NCBI GenBank assembly: GCA_046758365.1 | Contig: JBHIAC010000034.1 | Coordinates: 1 to 22,965 of the forward strand | Length of the DNA: 22,965 nt | Origin: a bacterium | GTDB lineage: Bacteria > Zhuqueibacterota > Zhuqueibacteria > Oceanimicrobiales > Oceanimicrobiaceae | Direction: 5' to 3' | Shown: positions 8,997 through 15,227 of the stretch, piece by piece | Numbering within the stretch: the stretch's first letter is position 1 | How the letters are laid out: each line of letters begins with the position of its first letter | The notes under the pieces: model-generated | Databases searched by the model: none | The model's input: the letters and a program-made list of their open reading frames with translations, nothing else | Told to the model about the DNA's origin: nothing | Translations under genes and position numbers: made by a program

Positions 8997-10574
8997 TTGG
9001 AGAATGAAATGATTAGCACTTGGATACTCTATTTAGTCTTTAGTACGGCTATTGGGGTTACTTTAGGCTGGTATTTAAGACAACAACTTGGCCAAAAAAG
9101 AATAGCAAAAGCCACCAAATATGCAAAAAATCTTATTGAAGAAGCCAAAACAGAGAGTGAGAACTTCAAGCAAGAAAAGATTTTAGAATTCAAAGATGAA
9201 ATGTTTAAAATGAAGCAAGAATTTGAAAGAGAATCTAAAATAAAGTTAAATGAAATTCAACGGCTTGAAAAACTGCTTTCCACTCGCGAATTAAATTTAG
9301 ACAGAAAAGTTGATATCTTAAACAAAAAAGAGCATGAATTAAATTTTCTCAATGAAGAATTAAGTTCAAAAGAAGAATTTTTTAAAAAAAGAGAACAAGA
9401 GTTAGAGCAGTTAATTCAAGAAGAAAATTTGCGGCTTGAACGAATTTCTGGCCTAACAAACGAAGAAGCCAAAAAGATACAAATGCAAAATATGTTGGAA
9501 AAGGCCAAAAAAGAAGCTGCTCAAGAAATTCGAGAAATTCGAGAACGTACCAAACAGACAGCAAATCGCGACGCCAGGGAAATTATTCTTCAAGCATTAC
9601 AAAGAAGCGCTATTGAGCATGTGGTTGATACAACAGTTTCAATTGTGAATCTTCCCGATGATGAAATGAAGGGTCGTATAATTGGTCGAGAAGGAAGGAA
9701 TATCCGGACATTCGAAAGTGCCACGGGAGTCGAAGTGTTAGTTGATGATACTCCTCAAACGGTAATTTTATCTGGATTTGATCCCCTGCGTCGTGAAATT
9801 GCTAAAATAGCCATGGAAAAACTTATTTTTGATGGTCGAATACATCCTGGCAGAATTGAGGAAGTGATTGATAAAACACGTGAGGAAATTAACGAACGGA
9901 TTCTTGAAATTGGAGAACAAGCACTCCTCGAAGTTGGATTACACGGAATCCATCCAGAATTGCAGCGTCTTCTGGGCAAACAAAGTTACCGAACTACCTA
10001 TGGCCAAAATCTATTGCAGCATTCCAAGGAGGTTTCGATACTTGCCGGTGGCATGGCTGCTCAATTAGGCTTGGATATAAATATGGCTAAACGAGCTGGT
10101 TTGCTTCATGATATTGGAAAATCTGCTGATGAATATAGTGATTCTCCGACAAATGAAATTGGTGTTGAGTTGGCTAAAAAATTTGGTGAAGGCGATATTG
10201 TGCAAAATGCTATTGCGGTACAAGCTCCAACTAATGATATCAACATAATTTCCCCTATAACCATATTGGTTCAAATTGCCGATGCGGTCTCCATTTCTCG
10301 TCCCGGTGCACAAAAAGAAATGCTTCAAAATTATATTAAACGAATGAAAAACTTAGAAAATATTGCAAACTCATTTGCTGGCGTTTTAAGATCTTATTCA
10401 ATTCAAGCTGGAAGGGAAATAAAAGTCATGGTTGAACATAATATAATTGATGACGTACAAGCAGAAATATTAGCTGGAAATATTGCTCAAAAGATTCAGA
10501 AAGATCTAGAATATCCAGGACAAGTAAAAGTAACAGTCATTCGAGAATATCGATCTATTGATTACGCAAAATAA
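8997..10574 (+). CDS. rny: Ribonuclease Y family protein (TM, coiled coil, KH, HD); HD domain partly degenerate
   Basis: N-terminal TM helix, KH motif MKGRIIGREGRNIR, DGRIHPGRIEE, LLHDIGK, YPGQVKVTVIRE. Start is TTG 8997 or ATG 9009. Confidence 0.93.
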   Translation: MENEMISTWILYLVFSTAIGVTLGWYLRQQLGQKRIAKATKYAKNLIEEAKTESENFKQEKILEFKDEMFKMKQEFERESKIKLNEIQRLEKLLSTRELNLDRKVDILNKKEHELNFLNEELSSKEEFFKKREQELEQLIQEENLRLERISGLTNEEAKKIQMQNMLEKAKKEAAQEIREIRERTKQTANRDAREIILQALQRSAIEHVVDTTVSIVNLPDDEMKGRIIGREGRNIRTFESATGVEVLVDDTPQTVILSGFDPLRREIAKIAMEKLIFDGRIHPGRIEEVIDKTREEINERILEIGEQALLEVGLHGIHPELQRLLGKQSYRTTYGQNLLQHSKEVSILAGGMAAQLGLDINMAKRAGLLHDIGKSADEYSDSPTNEIGVELAKKFGEGDIVQNAIAVQAPTNDINIISPITILVQIADAVSISRPGAQKEMLQNYIKRMKNLENIANSFAGVLRSYSIQAGREIKVMVEHNIIDDVQAEILAGNIAQKIQKDLEYPGQVKVTVIREYRSIDYAK

Positions 10575-10760
10575 TAGATAACGTAGGTGTAAAAAGGTAG
10601 TTAGCTAAAAATCTTAATTTGAAAATATTGAAATTACGATTACTTAAAGTTGAAATCATCCTGTTTTTGCACCAACGTCATAAAAGATTTATCATTTTTT
10701 ATTTGATTTTTTCCAATTAATTTCTAAATTTTAATAACGAATTTAATTTTAAAAACTTAA

Positions 10761-11558
10761 TTGACATTGAAAAGGAAAGAGATTAAAGTTCTTTTCATTG
10801 CAGACATTGTAGGAAAGCCAGGATTAGAAATCGCTGCTAAATTAATCCTTAGCTTGAAAGAAAAGTATAAAATAGACTTTTGTATTGCTAATGGAGAAAA
10901 CGGTTGCGATGGAAAAGGACTTACTGAGAAAATTGCCAGAAACTATTTTAATTTAGGAATCGATGTAATAACTAGTGGAAATCACATTTGGGACAACCGA
11001 GACATATTTGATTTACTTAAAAATAATAGTCGAATCCTACGGCCTCTAAATTATCCTGATGGAAATTTTGGTACCGGTTCAGTAGTAATTGGAATTAAGG
11101 AAGACGTGAAGATTGGTGTAATTAATCTTCAAGGCCGCACCTTCATGTTTTCCATTGATTGCCCTTTTAAAAAGGGGTTAGAAGAAGTTAAGAAAATTAA
11201 AAAACAGACCAACATCATAATTGTTGATTTTCATGCCGAAGCAACGGCTGAAAAAATGGCCATGGGATGGTTTTTAGATGGAAAAGTTAGTGCGGTTATA
11301 GGGACGCACACCCATGTGCCTACAGCCGATGAAAGAATTTTTCCTGAAGGAACGGCCTATATTACGGATGTAGGAATGACAGGACCCTTTGATTCCGTAA
11401 TTGGATTAAAAAAAGAATTGTCCATTAAACGATTTTTACATCAAACGCCTGTTCGTTACAAAACCGCTGAAGAAAATTTAAAGTTCTGTGGCGCGATTAT
11501 TTCTATAGAACCCGTTACGGGTAAAGCCACCCATATTGAAAGATTGAATTTACCTTAA
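10761..11558 (+). CDS. YmdB-like (TIGR00282-type) metallophosphoesterase
   Basis: ADIVGKPG, ANGEN, TSGNHIWD, DFHAEATAEK, GTHTHV, TDVGMTGP; usual neighbour of rny; start uncertain. Confidence 0.92.
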   Translation: MTLKRKEIKVLFIADIVGKPGLEIAAKLILSLKEKYKIDFCIANGENGCDGKGLTEKIARNYFNLGIDVITSGNHIWDNRDIFDLLKNNSRILRPLNYPDGNFGTGSVVIGIKEDVKIGVINLQGRTFMFSIDCPFKKGLEEVKKIKKQTNIIIVDFHAEATAEKMAMGWFLDGKVSAVIGTHTHVPTADERIFPEGTAYITDVGMTGPFDSVIGLKKELSIKRFLHQTPVRYKTAEENLKFCGAIISIEPVTGKATHIERLNLP

Positions 11559-11576
11559 AAAAGAATTATTAGAGAT

Positions 11577-12473
11577 ATGACAGCTACGATAATTGATGGG
11601 AAAAAAATCGCTGAAGAAATAAAAAATTCGCTTAAAGATAAAATTCAGAAACTTAAGCATGAAGGAATTATTCCTAAACTTTCTGTTGTATTAGTTGGTG
11701 AAAATCCTGCATCGCAGATTTATGTAAGGATGAAAACTAAGGCTTGCCAGGAACTTGGAATTGATTCTCCTACTATCAACTTATCTTCAGAAATTTCTCA
11801 GACAAAACTTTTAAATATAATTGACGAATTAAACAAAGATGACATGGTCCATGGTATACTCGTTCAACTGCCTCTACCTAAACACATCGATGAGGAGATG
11901 GTTATTAATTCCATTTCTCCAGTAAAAGATGTTGATGGTTTTCATCCTTTTAATCGGGGAAAATTGATAATAGGTGAAGAAACCTTTGTACCGTGCACTC
12001 CTTTCGGAATTCAAAAGATGCTCGTGAGAAGCGGTTTTGATCCAGGTGGCCAGCATGTAGTCATTGTTGGACGAAGTAAAATAGTTGGGCTGCCATTGGC
12101 TATCCTATTGATGCAAAAAAAAGCAGGTGCCAATGCAACGGTTACTATGTGTCATACTGGGACCGAAGATTTGGGGAAATTTACAAAACAAGCAGACATT
12201 TTGATTGCGGCTATGGGCAGACCAGAGGTCATCAAAGGAGATATGGTTAAACCTGGCGCCGTGGTCATTGATGTTGGCGTTAATCGTGTAGAAGATCTTA
12301 ATTCTGATAAAGGGTATCGAATCGTAGGAGATGTAGAATTTGAATCTGCCTGTGAAATTGCAAAAGCGATAAGCCCAGTTCCCGGAGGTGTAGGGCCTAT
12401 GACTATCGCTATGTTGATATACAATACTGTAAAAGCAGCCGGCGATTATTGCGCCAGTAGCTCAACTGGATAG
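11577..12473 (+). CDS. folD: Bifunctional methylenetetrahydrofolate dehydrogenase/cyclohydrolase
   Basis: GILVQLPLP, KDVDGFHP, PCTP, VGRSKIVGLP, VIDVGVNR, PVPGGVGPMT; last 23 nt overlap tRNA-Arg. Confidence 0.97.
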   Translation: MTATIIDGKKIAEEIKNSLKDKIQKLKHEGIIPKLSVVLVGENPASQIYVRMKTKACQELGIDSPTINLSSEISQTKLLNIIDELNKDDMVHGILVQLPLPKHIDEEMVINSISPVKDVDGFHPFNRGKLIIGEETFVPCTPFGIQKMLVRSGFDPGGQHVVIVGRSKIVGLPLAILLMQKKAGANATVTMCHTGTEDLGKFTKQADILIAAMGRPEVIKGDMVKPGAVVIDVGVNRVEDLNSDKGYRIVGDVEFESACEIAKAISPVPGGVGPMTIAMLIYNTVKAAGDYCASSSTG

Positions 12474-12524
12474 AGCGTCGGCCTCCGGAGCCGAAGGCTG
12501 GGGGTTCGAGTCCCTCCTGGCGTA
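12451..12524 (+). tRNA. tRNA-Arg(CCG); CCA not encoded
   Basis: Acceptor GCGCCAG/CTGGCGT, D arm GCTC-AACTGGATA-GAGC, anticodon arm TCGGC-CTCCGGA-GCCGA, T arm GGGGG-TTCGAGT-CCCTC. Confidence 0.95.
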
Positions 12525-12562
12525 CAAGTGTAAATACTTCTTACAGACTAATCTTATTCATT

Positions 12563-12742
12563 TCAAGACATTTTTTGGGGAACACTAAAACTACAGTCCA
12601 TGCAAACAGCAATGTCATTTGTAAATTTATAATAACCGCAAACTCGACACCTTGTTCTTCCAAACTCATCAATATCCTTGAGTGCTTTGTCTATATCTTC
12701 ACCCCATTTACGCCAGTATTCTTGATCTAAATCATTAGTCAT
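12563..12742 (-). CDS. Small hypothetical protein with two CxxC pairs (zinc-ribbon-like), about 59 aa
   Basis: CRVC...CMDC. The ATG at 12742 has SD-like AGGTGG upstream, and the ORF-track GTG at 12754 lies within that SD. Confidence 0.5.
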   Translation of the reverse strand: MTNDLDQEYWRKWGEDIDKALKDIDEFGRTRCRVCGYYKFTNDIAVCMDCSFSVPQKMS

Positions 12743-12937
12743 TGGATTTTCCACCTAAAATTTTATAATATAAATATCATCCAGTACAAAGATGTCATTA
12801 TATATATTAAGACTTAAAAAATTACCATTTTCTCTCAATAAATCTGATAAATGTTTTTCTTTTTAGCTGGAAAATATATTTAGCGTGAGAATAATATCTA
12901 AAGGGGTAACTAAAGCACTGAATGAATTAGAGAGTAA

Positions 12938-13186
12938 TCAAACTATGTAGACAAAATGCCCTGTGGAAGGAACTCCATCAGCCCTCTTCATTCCTTTTTG
13001 AAGAAAGAAATGTTTTATATTCCTGGCGACTTGTTCTGAATCGGCTTTCCACTGCAACCAACTTAATGGATTTCCGAGTTGAGCTTTACGACCAGCAGGG
13101 TCATCTGTTACACCAATGGCCCAATTTGAATGATCATCACCAACCGTCTGTTCAATTTGTTTTTTTAAAGTAGCTTCTGATGCCAT
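12938..13186 (-). CDS. Small hypothetical protein, remotely GIY-YIG-like (about 82 aa from ATG 13186; ORF track extends to TTG 13237)
   Basis: WAIGVTDDPAGRKAQLG resembles the YIGxTxDxxxRxxQH segment; C-terminal FVYIV strand. Confidence 0.6.
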   Translation of the reverse strand: MASEATLKKQIEQTVGDDHSNWAIGVTDDPAGRKAQLGNPLSWLQWKADSEQVARNIKHFFLQKGMKRADGVPSTGHFVYIV

Positions 13187-13451
13187 TGATTCATCTTTAC
13201 CTGATTTCAATTCATATTGCTTTCCTAGCACTTGCAAGACCCATGCCAGAAATAGTGGTTATAATTATAATGGGTTATCTTTTGTACAATAGCGACTTAT
13301 AGGATTAAGTCATTTTATGATTTACTTGGCCAATCCTTCAGATTTGTTGCTCAATGAGATTTTGTATTAACCGCTCACAAGACATTGGAGTTTAATGTAA
13401 ATGTTTAAAATTTCTGCTTTTTTCTAAATAGTGGAACTGCGAGTAATGGTC

Positions 13452-13617
13452 TAATTAGTGTTTGAACCAAAACAGCCTTTTCTTGTCATTCCCGCATGGT
13501 GTAAGTGGGAATCTCCTGCTTGAAATGATGAGATTCCCCGAATCGAGTTCGGGACAGGCCGGCTTAAAGATTGCCGGAATGACATTGATGGTCGAGTTTT
13601 CGTTCAAACACTAATTA
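13452..13617. mobile_element. 166-bp MITE-like element with 22-bp terminal inverted repeats enclosing a REP-like dyad
   Basis: TAATTAGTGTTTGAACCAAAAC (13452-13473) vs GTTTTCGTTCAAACACTAATTA (13596-13617), 21/22 inverted match; no coding capacity. Confidence 0.75.
13484..13584. repeat. GTCATTCC...GGAATGAC-type REP-like palindromic dyad
   Basis: Outer TGTCATTCC/GGAATGACA; inner GGGAATCTC (13507-13515)/GAGATTCCC (13530-13538); hairpins ATTCCC-N13-GGGAAT and CCGGC-N9-GCCGG. Confidence 0.75.
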
Positions 13618-13688
13618 TGTTGTAAAAGCAACAGTTCGATTTAATTTCTATTTTGAATAAAATTTATTTCTTTTAATTAAAATATTCC

Positions 13689-13717
13689 TTGACAATTTTG
13701 AACTTATATTATATATT
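13689..13717 (+). promoter_or_regulatory. Putative sigma70 promoter of the ROK operon
   Basis: TTGACA (13689-13694), 17 bp spacer, TATATT (13712-13717); AT-rich upstream region. Confidence 0.75.
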
Positions 13718-13832
13718 AAATAAAATTTTATCTAGTGATAAGATTTTGTTTCTCAAGAGTAGTTATATCCATCCAATTTTATTTATATATTTATTTACCG
13801 ATTCACTTTAATTATATTTTTTTTATATTGAT

Positions 13833-13857
13833 TTAGTTTATTGCTGCAACAAACTAA
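13833..13857. promoter_or_regulatory. 25-bp palindromic ROK (XylR-type) operator
   Basis: TTAGTTTATTGC-T-GCAACAAACTAA, 11/12 symmetric, 30 bp upstream of the ROK gene; arms match the Bacillus XylR operator TTAGTTT...AAACTAA. Confidence 0.8.
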
Positions 13858-13887
13858 CTTATTTTATCAAAATTCAAAAATGAGGGA

Positions 13888-15108
13888 ATGAATCAATTGC
13901 CGAAGATTGATATTGATCATTTAATTAGTGGTAATCATAAAATTGTTAGAAATGTCAATAGAGCCGCTATTCTTAATCTAATTCGAGAAAGTCAACCCAT
14001 ATCCAGAGTTACTTTGTCAAAATTAAGTGAATTAAATAAAAGCACGGTTTCGAGTATCGTTGCAGATTTATTAAAAGAGAGACTTATCTGTGAATTTACC
14101 AGTGGTGAATCGACCGGTGGGCGAAAACCTATTCTCTTAAGTTTGAATAAATCAGAATATAAAATTGGAGCAATTGATTTTGACCCAGAATGTACCTACG
14201 TGGCCATCGGTGATATAGAAGCAAATATAATACAGAAGAAAGCCATTAAAACTGATGGCCGTGATCCTGAAGGTTTTATTCTAAGATGTCTACGAGAATT
14301 ACTAGATATGAAAAATACTCTAAACTATTCAAATTTGAAAAGTATAGGTATTAGTGTTCCCGGGATAGTTGAGACCCAGAAAGGAGTAGTTCTAATCGCG
14401 CCAGATCTCGGATGGAAAAATCTCAATCTTCGAAAGATTATCAAGAAAATATACCCCAAAAGATCAAACAATAGAGTCATTATTGAAAATGAGGCTAATT
14501 CGTCCGCTTTAGCTGAACAATGGTTTGGAAGAGATCTCAAAAACAAATCAAACATAGTATTTATATCTGAAGGTATTGGTACGGGGATCATTCTCAATAG
14601 GCAACTCGTTCAAGGATCCTATAATGGTGCGGGACAATTTGGCCATATGACCATATATGAAGATGGAGAACCTTGTATTTGTGGTAATCGTGGATGTTGG
14701 GAAGTTTACACCTCAAATACAACGACTGTCGCAAGATATTTTAATTTGAAAGGTCAAGAATTTAATGGTGATACAAACGAGGAAATTATATATTTGATCG
14801 CTTCGGCTAAAATGGGCGATAAATTGGCAATAAAAGTCCTGAGTGAAACGGGGCGATATTATGGGATTGGCATATCAAATATAATTAAGGCGATCGATCC
14901 CGAAGTTATTGTCTTGGGAGGCGTCATAACCCAAGCCTGGGATATTATTTATCCTGAAATATTAAGAGAAATCAAGAATAGAGTTTTTTTTAAAATAAAG
15001 AAGAATATTCAAATAATTCCAACCTCTTTAAAAGAACGATCAAGCTTAATCGGTGCCCTTTCTTTAGTGATTCGAGAAATATTCAGCGGATATAAGATTA
15101 CAAGATAA
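13888..15108 (+). CDS. ROK-family transcriptional repressor (XylR/NagC-like)
   Basis: N-terminal wHTH (ISRVTLSKLSELNKSTVSSIV), linker STGGRKP, ENEAN, GIGTG, GQFGH, Zn motif CICGNRGCWE. Confidence 0.95.
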   Translation: MNQLPKIDIDHLISGNHKIVRNVNRAAILNLIRESQPISRVTLSKLSELNKSTVSSIVADLLKERLICEFTSGESTGGRKPILLSLNKSEYKIGAIDFDPECTYVAIGDIEANIIQKKAIKTDGRDPEGFILRCLRELLDMKNTLNYSNLKSIGISVPGIVETQKGVVLIAPDLGWKNLNLRKIIKKIYPKRSNNRVIIENEANSSALAEQWFGRDLKNKSNIVFISEGIGTGIILNRQLVQGSYNGAGQFGHMTIYEDGEPCICGNRGCWEVYTSNTTTVARYFNLKGQEFNGDTNEEIIYLIASAKMGDKLAIKVLSETGRYYGIGISNIIKAIDPEVIVLGGVITQAWDIIYPEILREIKNRVFFKIKKNIQIIPTSLKERSSLIGALSLVIREIFSGYKITR

Positions 15109-15227
15109 AAAAATAACAAATCAAACTAATCTGAAAGGAGGTGAGGATAAAATAGATATTTAATATGTATTATTAATTAATTTCCCTGTCACTTTATCGG
15201 CCTCATTAACAGAGGGAGGTGAACAAA

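Noticed and set aside
437..12424. Antisense and alternate-frame ORFs within housekeeping genes (e.g. 437-814, 2283-2492, 3449-3661, 3769-4131, 5348-5539, 6965-7219, 9382-10328 set, 11874-12424)
   Set aside because: They overlap well-conserved genes and show no recognisable motifs; shadow ORFs.
13294..13311. Small dyad GACTTA-N6-TAAGTC (and similar 5-6 bp dyads near 8479 and 19673)
   Set aside because: Too short to distinguish from chance in AT-rich intergenic DNA.
12500..13450. Prophage or integrative element at tRNA-Arg
   Set aside because: No integrase, phage genes or duplicated tRNA 3' end seen within the window.
13452..13617. Palindromic repeats as a CRISPR array or integron attC site
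   Set aside because: No repeated unit with unique spacers, no cas or integrase gene, and the layout is nested inverted repeats.
13888..15108. Naming the ROK gene xylR (xylose regulon)
   Set aside because: The operator resembles that of XylR, but no xylA/xylB or xylosidase is in the window; the effector is unknown.
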